The translations under genes were made by a program, and so were the position numbers. Positions 36,930-47,984 of a stretch of DNA of 64,000 bases are shown here, in pieces. This stretch comes from Albugo candida (taxonomy: Eukaryota): NCBI GenBank assembly GCA_040437565.1, contig JBDOQK010000006.1, positions 434,001 to 498,000 on the forward strand. Reading direction: 5' to 3'. Position 1 is the stretch's first letter; each line of letters opens with the position of its first letter. Under the pieces are notes generated by a model. It made no database searches. It saw only the letters and a program-made list of their open reading frames with translations, and was not told the DNA's origin.

Positions 36930-36998
36930 CTTCTCTTCTGCGTTGCGGATAGAGCAAATTCGTAGTCCTTCATAAATATATTTTTGTTTGATTGGTAA

Positions 36999-38208
36999 TC
37001 ATTCGTAAGCTCGAGCCAGAAATCCATGCAGTACATTAAACCATCGCAGTAACGAAGGCGAGATAAGAGAAGCTGTCAGTTTTCGCTGCAATATATATAC
37101 TGCCGTCCCACTTTGTACATCACAGCACAAAGCGAATAGGAAAAGACGAAAGACGATAACCCAAAAATTGTGATCCATACTGCCATAACAATGATAAAAG
37201 CGTATCCGACTACGTATTGAATTCGATTAGGGAGATTTGATATCCAGAGTACGTTATTCATTTCGTTGCACATATAGTGGCTACAGAGTACACAATGAAG
37301 GTCAAATCGACGTAGAGGATGTCGTATGCACGAACCTTTTGTCCCAGTTCATCAAGCATACCCAGCAGAATTCATGCTTGCAATAGCTACAGCTCATATG
37401 ATTACAGCCCTCTTCCTTCCATATACGAATGCGGCAGTTTGGGCAGCTTCGAACGAGAGACAGCCCGAATTTTCTCTTTGAAAGAGAACGTTCCCATTTT
37501 TGATACGTTGCATCTTCACTTTTAAGCAATTTATTGCGGCAAAAAATCCACGAGAGATAGTGTTTTCTTTCACCACATGCAAAACATGCAATCGTGCTGC
37601 ATTTTGGGCAAGAGTACGTTCTCCCTGGTTGCTCACAAACAATCAGTTCACTACAAAGTTTCTCCGGGCAATAACGAGCATTTGGATGTCGCTCATCCTT
37701 TGCAAGAAAGTGAGAGTTGTATCGACAACGTTATAGAAATGAACGCACATGAATACGCTTCAATGTATTCACATAGCGGTTGATCGCTTCCTTCCCTCCG
37801 ATTCTCAGCATGTCAGAATTGCCGATCGCACTTCCACAACCTGGAATAGGACACAACAGTTGACCTGATCGTCTATCAGTCCTCTCTTCTTCAAAATCAA
37901 GAAAATACGACAAAGAACCTGGCTCAACTTGTCTAGCTTGTATTTTAGACGACAGATATTGCTGCATACATCCTACAATGTTTTTCAGACGCTACGAGTC
38001 AGAATATCTATAGACAAAATAGACAGAACTTCCCACCGAGACAGAAACGATGGCTGCACGAAAGCTTCACAAAAGCGTCCGTTATGGATGAGGAGTCCGT
38101 ATAATGCAAAAGTGGTAATATATCGAGGCAAATGGAGCAGATACGAGGTGATAAAGTGTGCCTGACTTTGCGAATTCCATGCACAATTGGTGTCAGAAGC
38201 CATTTCAT
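36999..38208 (-). CDS. RBR (RING-IBR-RING) E3 ubiquitin ligase with C-terminal hydrophobic segment, multi-exon
   Basis: CSICLD...CSHRFC/..CMQQYL...CPIPGC; RING2 CPNCRIRIWKEEGCNHMSCSYCKHEFCWVC; downstream TM-like exon VVGYAFIIVMAVWITIFGL. Gene ends approximate. Confidence 0.8.
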
Positions 38209-38346
38209 TATTGTGGAATGCTTTTGAGCCAATTAAAGAGTGTATTAAGTGCTGACTTTTTTATGGTGCTCTTGAGCAACGAACATGACGATCGTACGAA
38301 TCGTAAGAATGGCTTATAAGTGCACTAAAAGTTATGCTACCGCTTC

Positions 38347-39186
38347 TCAGAACGGACGGATGCTTGCAGTACCTCGGAGTGAGTTTTTTAAGGCTTTTGG
38401 GTCGGCCCAAGAAGATGTCATGTAATCGTCAGCATCATCATCTGCGAGCTTTTTCATTTCTTCCTGCTTTTTGAAGTAAAACGCCATCATTGCTTTTTGC
38501 TCCTCTTCGGTAACTCCTGGCTCTCTTGACGGCATACCACCTCCTTTTTTCTGCAATTTAACAATAATCTTTGTTTTTTCGTTCTTTCCAACCATATCAC
38601 AAACAGTTTGGTCACGATAGAATTGTTTTCCAGCCCACCACAGTTCTGTGTTCTCAACATTTGTCACATCCAAGCTTGCTGCACGATCTGCAAGTGCTTC
38701 TTCCACATTTTCACGGTCTAATAGATTTTTGATAGGATCATGAGGGGGTAAACCCATTGGAAATGCCATCATGATAGCTCCTCTGATGTTCATGAGCTTT
38801 TCATTTAATTCGTGACGTGTGGTACACCTTTTCATCTGGAATTGCTGGAGATATTGTTTCGCATCTTCAGACACTTTGGCCATTGTCTCACGAAGTTGCG
38901 GACTCACACCTTCTCCAGTACGTAAGCCCAGAGGGTCCTCTTCATAAAACTCGCCTCGCGTTTTCTTCACACTGCAATCCTGATATGCATCAAGGCCCTG
39001 TTCGTTTGGTTTCATTGCGACACCAAATCTTCCCAAATCGGTAAGTGCATCTGCTAGCGCTGCCAAGCGAATTCGAGTGTTGTTGAGGTGGCACAGATCA
39101 AAGATAAGGTCTTCATTACTCGTTTCCGTACTAGCTTCATGTAGAAACTCATTCTTATCGCCGCGTTTCACGTGGAACAAAACCAT
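38347..39186 (-). CDS. CFAP298: Cilia- and flagella-associated protein 298 (C21orf59/Kurly/FBB18)
   Basis: MVLFHVKRGD start, RGAIMMAFPMGLPPHDP, ELWWAGK, GKNEKTKIIVKLQKKGGGMPSREP, WADPKALK. Confidence 0.92.
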   Translation of the reverse strand: MVLFHVKRGDKNEFLHEASTETSNEDLIFDLCHLNNTRIRLAALADALTDLGRFGVAMKPNEQGLDAYQDCSVKKTRGEFYEEDPLGLRTGEGVSPQLRETMAKVSEDAKQYLQQFQMKRCTTRHELNEKLMNIRGAIMMAFPMGLPPHDPIKNLLDRENVEEALADRAASLDVTNVENTELWWAGKQFYRDQTVCDMVGKNEKTKIIVKLQKKGGGMPSREPGVTEEEQKAMMAFYFKKQEEMKKLADDDADDYMTSSWADPKALKNSLRGTASIRPF

Positions 39187-39319
39187 TTGTTAAAGGTATT
39201 TGACGCTTCAATGCGCTCGTTCAGAAGCCATCCTTATTGACAAAAATGTATGTCTAGATTCTCTAAATTACAAAACACAAATGTTAATGAGCTTTTTTAC
39301 CAATCAACATTCGTGATTG

Positions 39320-41144
39320 CTAGATATGCGCGGGAGCCGCATCGTCGAGAGCTGACACGCGATACACTTTCGAAATGACACGGTTGCATATTGCGCACGT
39401 TCCTTTCTTTTTCTCACTCAATCCGCACGCATAACAGCAATAGAGATGGATGAAGCGATCGTGAAGAATAGCTCCATCTCTTGGATTCTTTTCACAGACC
39501 AAACATTTCATTTGTCGTACGACGTCCACTTGGATCAACTCGCGATTCTGCGCCACTAATCCATATTTCTCGGAATTAACTTCACTTATAGACGCCACCA
39601 CTTCATTCTCGCGCTTCAACGGACAAAGCGATTCATTTTCGACTGACTCTTCGCCTGTCTCGTCTTCTGGAAGGGGAATAATGAGCGGGTGATTCACGCT
39701 TTCGATATCCGATTCACTACATAGGTCGGATTCGACCGCTTCTTTTTCATTTTTACCCGTCATGAGAAATTTACTCTCAGCGGCGGACTTGTAAATGTCG
39801 CTCCAAGCTTTACAAACTTCTTTCATGCTTTTCGAACTACCCATGAATCGTTCGGGAGCTGAGATAAGTTTTTTGTACCGCCCGAACTCTTTTTTGACGA
39901 GAGATGAAAATTCTTCTTCGGGTAAAAACTCGTCAGAGCTACAACATTTACGACGATGATCAATCAAGGCGCACCACAATCGTTTGGAATGCAGCAGTTC
40001 CCATGATGAGATAATTCTCTGCAACGAACTCGTTAGTAATACAGTCAGAGTCAGCAGTATCCAGTGAAGCAATCGTACCGCACGGCATATATTTCCAACT
40101 TGAAATGTCGCAGAGATGGAGACATGCTGCCCGATACCCTTTAAAAGTCTACAGAGTGAATGTCATCATCCCTTCTCAAATTAAAAAGCGATAAAATATG
40201 TACTTTTTCATCCAGCGTCCTCGATACAGACGTGTAGCATCGAATGCGTATCCGGAAAAAGTGATTCTATACGCCTGTGCATGTCCTCGGTGCTTACATG
40301 CGTCACATCGCATTTGAGCTTCAATTCGAGCAGAACTTATTCGAGCCGCGGATTGAATACATCTTGTCAAATCAGCCGGCCATATCCCGTTTGCATTCAA
40401 AAGTGTCTGGTACCGAAAATGTAACTCTCTTTCGATGTGCTCCAGAGATTGCTGAAAAAGAGAGTATTTGGAAGGTTCTTGACGCATACGTTTGTCGAAT
40501 TTTGGATCCACGATGCAATGCTCTAAATATTGGACATACAGATGGAACCATTCTTTCTTTGTTCTAGACTTGTGAAACTCTAGAGTTCGAGCGGTGTCTT
40601 CCTGTAGATCCTCAGATTCAATAAATACGTGGGTTTTTGCTGGATCACCTTTCTCGCCGTTCATGTACTCCACTTGATTGTCGTCACATATAAAATCATC
40701 CAGATCGCCATCTCCATCAGCATACACCTTCTCCGAAAGATTTTGGCAGTCCTCCGCATCAAAACTCTTGTCTGACGGAGTCTCATTGGAAGCACTTGAT
40801 TCGTATTCCTTCGATTCAGATTCTTCATACTCACTCGACGTCTTCAAATCCTCCAAGCAATTTTCCAGCGTACGTTTCTGAAGTATGTCCTTAACGCTTT
40901 TATCAAACACTTTTTGCTCCTGACGCTTCCGTTCTAGCCGCGCACTCTTCCTAGCTCGGGTAGACTCCTCCGCACCAATTCGCTTTTTCAGCTTTATTTT
41001 TGTGCTTGGCTTTACAGGTATAGCCATCGCTTGCTCGTCTTCGTCCTCATCCTCTAATACAGCAAAAGGAGAACTCCGACGTCTTCGTTTCTTACGGGCT
41101 GGCGGTGTCACAACATCGAGACTTTCGTCATCATTGCTTGACAT
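39320..41144 (-). CDS. CCDC82/DUF4211-like protein with acidic N terminus and C-terminal MDM2-type RING
   Basis: NLS RKKRRRR, acidic DLDDFICDD, CDAC...ITFSG../FQVGNICRA; introns near 40200-40150 and 40077-40020 (TACTAAC branch); RING CLVCEKNPRDGAILHDRFIHLYCCYAC...CAIC. Confidence 0.65.
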
Positions 41145-41224
41145 CCTTATAATTACGAAAGAATACTTCCGGAAAGCGGCTACTTTTGTATTACTTTTGT
41201 TCAACATTGTCAGATATGTAGATA

Positions 41225-42628
41225 CTATGCCGCGCGATGAAGGTGACGATATCCCCGGCGTCGAGCGCGTTGCACTACAACGAGCGCACAAGAAATGACC
41301 AAAACGCATCCACCCACAGCGTATAAGACGAAATGATTTTTTCCGCTCGTAGATGGACTCTTATTTGTGCCAACCAAGTGCGATTTGGATGTGGCAAGGC
41401 GCTCAGATGGTTCATGATATCCACATATGGCTTCCCAACTTCCCGTTTGCTTGATGTGATTTCGTATAATGGCGTTGAAATCCATAAGCGGGCAATCTAA
41501 TCGGGAGCATTTCGATAGTTTGACCTGTTGACGCTCTGTTGCTGGTGAGTACAAGAACGTGCGAACAAAGTATGATTCTTGATCGTTTTGGTCCGATGTG
41601 TTAGTATGCAATTCGAAGAAAAGGGTTGTTCCCGGCTCTAGTGACGTTGAATTCATTGCTTCTGGTAATCCATTGAAACGGAAATCCCATCCCAGTAGTT
41701 TTCCTAATGCATGCAGCAACTCTCGATGTCCATGATAGGAGAAGTAGCGATATTCGCGTGAAGCAGGCGAACTTGGTTTAGCTGCTTCATTGAGATTTTT
41801 TAAAAGCAAGTCTGGAAATGCTCCATTCCAGTACGTGATCATTCGATCAGAGGAGTAATACCGTTCCATGAGATTTCGAAAGCCGAGTTGCTCGATCTTT
41901 TTCACAGTGGCCGTGTCCAAACCGGGTAAAGGCAGTAGACCTTCTTGCTCATCGAATGTAAACATATCGGCAATATCTTTCACAGCAAGAACGAGATCTT
42001 CTCCTTTTTGTACGTTTGGAACATTGGTCATATTGATTCCACATGCAGCCCCTACCTTGTCGAGAACATCCTTATATTCTCCTTGAAATAATTCGGGGGC
42101 TTTGTGTTTTGCATAATCAGCCAAATCACGAGCCAAGGTCGCCTTACAAGGACCTTTTGGAGCTGCAAAAACATGTTCGTGTTGTAAAAGTTCCATAGTC
42201 ACTGGTACGAGCTGTAACGGGAAGCCTTCAGGACCACTTCCGAACGGGTATAAACCAAGCGCAAGTGCCTCAGCACTATGAGCGCATCGAGTGGCAGCAT
42301 CTGCGCGAAAATATGCTTCAAAATGGAGACGCTTTTCGCCGCTGAAACTCTCTGAAAGAAACTTTTTTTCTTCAACGTAAATTTCCCGAATGTGGTTACC
42401 AACTTGTACAAGCTGATTCATCCCATTGACTGTCAATTGTGCTGGTGGCACTTTATACGCTTGAAGATTTTCGTGATTATGTGGGCAGATCGTGTGGGTT
42501 ACGTAATTGGGAGCGCGACTTCCATGTCGCGATAGTGTTATAAGGCGACGAAGCTCGCCAGCAGCGAGTTGTAAAAACACAGTGATCGCAAATGCAAAGA
42601 GAAGGGAGTGCTCGGATCGCGTCTTCAT
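41225..42628 (-). CDS. Histidine acid phosphatase (branch 2) with signal peptide and C-terminal TM anchor
   Basis: RHGSRAP catalytic motif, LTVNGMNQL, R(C)AHSA, YHGHRE in place of the HD motif; hydrophobic N and C termini. Confidence 0.88.
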   Translation of the reverse strand: MKTRSEHSLLFAFAITVFLQLAAGELRRLITLSRHGSRAPNYVTHTICPHNHENLQAYKVPPAQLTVNGMNQLVQVGNHIREIYVEEKKFLSESFSGEKRLHFEAYFRADAATRCAHSAEALALGLYPFGSGPEGFPLQLVPVTMELLQHEHVFAAPKGPCKATLARDLADYAKHKAPELFQGEYKDVLDKVGAACGINMTNVPNVQKGEDLVLAVKDIADMFTFDEQEGLLPLPGLDTATVKKIEQLGFRNLMERYYSSDRMITYWNGAFPDLLLKNLNEAAKPSSPASREYRYFSYHGHRELLHALGKLLGWDFRFNGLPEAMNSTSLEPGTTLFFELHTNTSDQNDQESYFVRTFLYSPATERQQVKLSKCSRLDCPLMDFNAIIRNHIKQTGSWEAICGYHEPSERLATSKSHLVGTNKSPSTSGKNHFVLYAVGGCVLVISCALVVVQRARRRGYRHLHRAA

Positions 42629-42688
42629 TCGAAATTCCGCGAATCGTACTTTATCGTACTGATACGATACAACAAGTAACACGGCAAA

Positions 42689-43789
42689 ATGAAAAAGTTG
42701 GAAGCAAATTCCAATACGAAACAGAAGGATTCCTCAGTCGTGCAATCACAATTTTCGGACCAGACAGCTGCGAAAGCAAATTTCCATAATGAAATAAAGA
42801 AAGAGGCAGACTACATCCCACCATATCTACGGCCATATATGATTCATTCACAGGACGACTTTTACGTGTCGCGCTTTTTCGATTCGAACTTTATCGGATG
42901 CCTTATGTACGAAGGATTTCTTCCTATCGCAACCGAATACGGCGATCGTCATCTTCTTCTTCCAAAACTTCATCGCAAACGCTGCGTCTTACTGCTGCAA
43001 GGGGTCATTCTTCACATCCCAAAGAACGTACTCAAGCGGAGCAAACGATACCATCTCGTCTTTAATCGTTCCTTNNNNNNNNNNNNNNNNNNNNNNNNNN
43101 NNNNNNNNNNNNNNNNNNNNNNNNNNNNNNNNNNNNNNNNNNNNNNNNNNNNNNNNNNNNNNNNNNNNNNNNNNATCGCAACCGAATACGGCGATCGTCA
43201 TCTTCTTCTTCCAAAACTTCATCGCAAACGCTGCGTCTTATTGCTGCAAGGGGTCATTCTTCACATCCCAAAGAACGTACTCAAGCGGAGCAAACGATAC
43301 CATCTCGTCTTTAATCGTTCCTTTGACGAAGTTGTCGAAGGATGTCATCAGCAACATGGCATTCCATGGCTTTACCCACCGATAGTTGAGGCATTTCGTG
43401 CAGTCTTTGACAGCGGAAAGACGGGTGAAACGAATCGTAACATTCGGTTTTATACAGTGGAGCTTTTAGACAGCAGCACAAACGAATTGTGTGCCGGTGA
43501 GCTTGGATACACTGCTGGAAAGGTATATACAAGTTTGACGGGATTCACACGTGTTAGTGGTGCTGGTACAATTCAACTGTATGCTCTTGGAAAAGCTCTC
43601 CAAGACGCAGGTTTCGAAATGTGGGATCTTGGAATGTCGATGAAATATAAGCTCGACCTCGGAGCGAGCAATGTTTCTCGCGATAGATTTTTGGAATTAT
43701 TTCATTCCTATAGGACACAAGAAATTCTCCTGAATCAGATTTTTGATACAAAGCATCCGATTCAAGTCAAAACGCTCTTGCAGAGTTAG
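42689..43789 (+). CDS. Leu/Phe-tRNA-protein transferase-like protein (Aat/ATEL1 family); internal gap duplication
   Basis: LLPKLH..RCV, FDEVVEGC..QHG..WLYPP, VEL...AGELGY..GKVYTSLTGF, GAGTIQL, WDLGM.M.YK..LGA. Confidence 0.82.
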   Translation: MKKLEANSNTKQKDSSVVQSQFSDQTAAKANFHNEIKKEADYIPPYLRPYMIHSQDDFYVSRFFDSNFIGCLMYEGFLPIATEYGDRHLLLPKLHRKRCVLLLQGVILHIPKNVLKRSKRYHLVFNRSXXXXXXXXXXXXXXXXXXXXXXXXXXXXXXXXXXIATEYGDRHLLLPKLHRKRCVLLLQGVILHIPKNVLKRSKRYHLVFNRSFDEVVEGCHQQHGIPWLYPPIVEAFRAVFDSGKTGETNRNIRFYTVELLDSSTNELCAGELGYTAGKVYTSLTGFTRVSGAGTIQLYALGKALQDAGFEMWDLGMSMKYKLDLGASNVSRDRFLELFHSYRTQEILLNQIFDTKHPIQVKTLLQS

Positions 43790-43927
43790 CTAATGGATTA
43801 CCATGGTTCAGATGGCGAATGCAAGAAAATGAGAAGGAAGGGATCGTTGGTGAAGCGCTTGAACAAAGAAGACATCACATTAGCTACAGACAACAGTGTA
43901 CAGAAAGAAAGAATGACGCCACAAAGT

Positions 43928-46900
43928 TTAAAGAAATCCTGCTTCTGATAGAGTATTGACGAAAAGCATGCTTTCTTGCGTGTTTGCTTGGCGAGCCAGC
44001 TGATGGAGGACATGGCTATTTTTTCGAACGCTACAAAATGAATGCGTCAAATGAGGATCAAGGGGATCAGTGACGAAGAAACTTACCGATCCAGGCGATG
44101 CCGTATATAGTTTTGAGCTTTTGTATTCAGTACTATTTTTCCTCGCTCTCTTCTTCCAGGTAGGTCCGAAAATGAAGCTTCTGAGGAAAGGTAGCCGAAA
44201 TTCCGAGGATGTAGAGCCTCCTGAATGACGTGATATATTTTGCAAAACTTTTGCCAATTTACAAGACCATCTTGCATGGAAGGAATCGCGTCCTCATACG
44301 AGAAGATGTCTTTGACCAGTATGAACCAACATGGAAGTCGTGGGGATCTTTCAGCTGCTTTAAAGCTGTTACGATAGCTGCGATAGTTATCTTCCGGAGA
44401 ACAAATTTGAAGGAGGATCTGGTGCTTTTCTGATGCTGTCACAGGAACAAGGCCCCAAGTCGACTTTAAGTGGCGAACACACGGTGCTGAAAGACCGGTC
44501 ATTATCTCGAAAAGCGTGTCAAAATTGTTGAGTTGATGGCAAACACTGGCAGCCTCGATGAAAAGAACAATGATTTTGGCACGTTCTGCGGCCTGTAATT
44601 GAGGATGAAGGATCTCGCTCGACACCCACTCAGCCGTCGCGTCAAAAAGCTCAATGAGAGCCATCACATTAGGTGCTTGAATGTATTTATCCTTACGTGT
44701 CCAAGCCTTGTTTGTCAACTCCCGTCTGCGTACTTTGGTAAAATAATGCTCCACTTCAAGCAATGTGAGCTGATTTGCGAGCTCGTCAGCTGATAAACCA
44801 GACATTGGAGCAATATTGTCAAAATTCAAGCTGGATGCACGTTCGTTGCGAGTTGATGGTTTCGTCGAATCCTCACTCAGCATTCTCGGTCGATCTCTTT
44901 TGCTTCGTCCACCAGTGACTCCTCGTGTCAACTTTGGCGGCTGAACAGGGTCTGTCTTACTTATTACTGGCACATTTACCGAATCGGAAGCACTTCGTGT
45001 TATTCTTGGCGTCTCTGGTCGCAATGATTTGGTCTCTAACGCCGAGGTTCGCTCACGATTTGGAGATTTCTCTCGTGTTTTGGCACCTGGTTGCGGTTCT
45101 GATGTGCTTGAAGGTGAAGAAGCCTTGTCAGGATTTTGTGAATTCTGCTGTTTCGTCTTGCTTGATCGTCGAATCACCTGTGAGATTAACTTTTGAAGCC
45201 TTTCCGCATGTTGTCGAACGGAAGCGATTGAGGAATCCATTTGAATTTCTGTCAAAAAGGTGTTGAGTTTTGTTGCAGCTCTTCCGTCTTCCAAGTCTTT
45301 TTGTATGTATCCGCTCTCTTTGATCCAAAATTTGAGTAAATTGATTAATCGTATTACCGAAACATGTCCTTCCGTCTCTGTATGCACATCAGTGCTTGTC
45401 TTTGAAATTCCAGCTTCTTTTGGTTCCTTTTGCCTATCATTAAGCCTGACTTGAGTCTTGGCCGACCTCTCTGTCTCACTACCAGTTGAAGTGTTCCGTA
45501 CGGCAACGTATCGTTTCATAAGCTTTTTTACAAACTCATACGGTGTGCAAAAACACGGATATGTCAATAGGAATATGTCTCGAAACTCTGTGTCGTCAAC
45601 ATGGTGCGAGTCGGTCAGTCGTACAACTAATTTACCCAAAGAAGCGTGCAAAATCTCCCTTTTCCTGTTCGTAGATCCCTGTTCTAAATAACGAATCTAC
45701 ACAAAAGCAAGAATCAGACAGTGTGACTTTGAATCAGTCAAGCATACCCGAAGGGGTCTTTCGTCAGCAGTGTTGGGTGTGGAGCTCCGACGTCGGGCGG
45801 ACTCGATAGTAAGTTGCATTGCATTGTGAAGCGGTTTTGCGAGAGTATTTTCTGCAGCTATTTGGTGTCTTATGGACGGAGTTCCATTTGATTCATTCGA
45901 AGAATCGTTTTTGGTGTCCAAAGACGGTTTTCTAATATCTATTTCTCGCGTGGAATGGGATTTGGTGGGGCCCTGCAGATCGCTGGAAGAAACAGTTGTT
46001 TTTTGACTCGTTCTCTTATNNNNNNNNNNNNNNNNNNNNNNNNNNNNNNNNNNNNNNNNNNNNNNNNNNNNNNNNNNNNNNNNNNNNNNNNNNNNNNNNN
46101 NNNNNNNNNNNNNNNNNNNCCACTCAGCCGTCGCGTCAAAAAGCTCAATGAGAGCCATCACATTAGGTGCTTGAATGTATTTATCCTTACGTGTCCAAGC
46201 CTTGTTTGTCAACTCCCGTCTGCGTACTTTGGTAAAATAATGCTCCACTTCAAGCAATGTGAGCTGATTTGCGAGCTCGTCAGCTGATAAACCAGACATT
46301 GGAGCAATATTGTCAAAATTCAAGCTGGATGCACGTTCGTTGCGAGTTGATGGTTTCGTCGAATCCTCACTCAGCATTCTCGGTCGATCTCTTTTGCTTC
46401 GTCCACCAGTGACTCCTCGTGTCAACTTTGGCGGCTGAACAGGGTCTGTCTTACTTATTACTGGCACATTTACCGAATCGGAAGCACTTCGTGTTATTCT
46501 TGGCGTCTCTGGTCGCAATGATTTGGTCTCTAACGCCGAGGTTCGCTCACGATTTGGAGATTTCTCTCGTGTTTTGGCACCTGGTTGCGGTTCTGATGTG
46601 CTTGAAGGTGAAGAAGCCTTGTCAGGATTTTGTGAATTCTGCTGTTTCGTCTTGCTTGATCGTCGAATCACCTGTGAGATTAACTTTTGAAGCCTTTCCG
46701 CATGTTGTCGAACGGAAGCGATTGAGGAATCCATTTGAATTTCTGTCAAAAAGGTGTTGAGTTTTGTTGCAGCTCTTCCGTCTTCCAAGTCTTTTTGTAT
46801 GTATCCGCTCTCTTTGATCCAAAATTTGAGTAAATTGATTAATCGTATTACCGAAACATGTCCTTCCGTCTCTGTATGCACATCAGTGCTTGTCTTTGAA

Positions 46901-47649
46901 ATTCCAGCTTCTTTTGGTTCCTTTTGCCTATCATTAAGCCTGACTTGAGTCTTGGCCGACCTCTCTGTCTCACTACCAGTTGAAGTGTTCCGTACGGCAA
47001 CGTATCGTTTCATAAGCTTTTTTACAAACTCATACGGTGTGCAAAAACACGGATATGTCAATAGGAATATGTCTCGAAACTCTGTGTCGTCAACATGGTG
47101 CGAGTCGGTCAGTCGTACAACTAATTTACCCAAAGAAGCGTGCAAAATCTCCCTTTTCCTGTTCGTAGATCCCTGTTCTAAATAACGAATCTACACAAAA
47201 GCAAGAATCAGACAGTGTGACTTTGAATCAGTCAAGCATACCCGAAGGGGTCTTTCGTCAGCAGTGTTGGGTGTGGAGCTCCGACGTCGGGCGGACTCGA
47301 TAGTAAGTTGCATTGCATTGTGAAGCGGTTTTGCGAGAGTATTTTCTGCAGCTATTTGGTGTCTTATGGACGGAGTTCCATTTGATTCATTCGAAGAATC
47401 GTTTTTGGTGTCCAAAGACGGTTTTCTAATATCTATTTCTCGCGTGGAATGGGATTTGGTGGGGCCCTGCAGATCGCTGGAAGAAACAGTTGTTTTTTGA
47501 CTCGTTCTCTTATTAAAATGCGCTTTTTCTTCAGCAATATGCGGGATAATTATCGTGGAGTTACTATCGGCACTATTAGCATTCTCGGATAACGAGGAAA
47601 TAGTCAATATCGCGCTTTTTTCCGTAAGAATGGAATTCGGATCCAGCAT
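43928..47649 (-). CDS. RasGEF (REM + CDC25 domains); single gene split by an assembly duplication
   Basis: REM HASLGKLVVRLT...FLLTYPCF..P; CDC25 ELANQLTLLE, APNV..IE.F, WVSSEIL, LNNFDTL, NYRSYR, LVNWQK; last exon ends LSEAGFL* at 43928. Confidence 0.88.
44626..47513. repeat. 1394-bp direct duplication (44626-46019 = 46120-47513) flanking a 100-N gap; likely assembly artefact
   Basis: The copies look identical at an offset of 1494, directly abutting the gap. Confidence 0.9.
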
Positions 47650-47984
47650 AAAGCTAAGCAAAACAAATGCAATGTTATTGGTGGAGCTAAATTATTTATA
47701 TCCAATCATAGACTATAAATAGAAGCCTTCCAACAATTGGCTCGTAATTACATATCTAGACAAAAGCATTGCCTTGACATCGCCAAGGTGATAAAAATGT
47801 GCGGACTGAGATGTTCTGGTATACTTGTCGGTAAAACTCTTTCGTTACCAGTAACTAACACGTATACGCAATGCCATGGCCGCATCGTTTTAGACGAGCG
47901 GTCAATGTAATTGTTCGGAGTGGCAAAAAATCAAGACCAAACGCGCTTTATAACCAATCATAATTCTCTCACTCTCTGAGCTTT

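Noticed and set aside
44083-47661. Two tandem RasGEF genes
   Set aside because: The copies look identical and abut a 100-N gap; a contig overlap of one gene.
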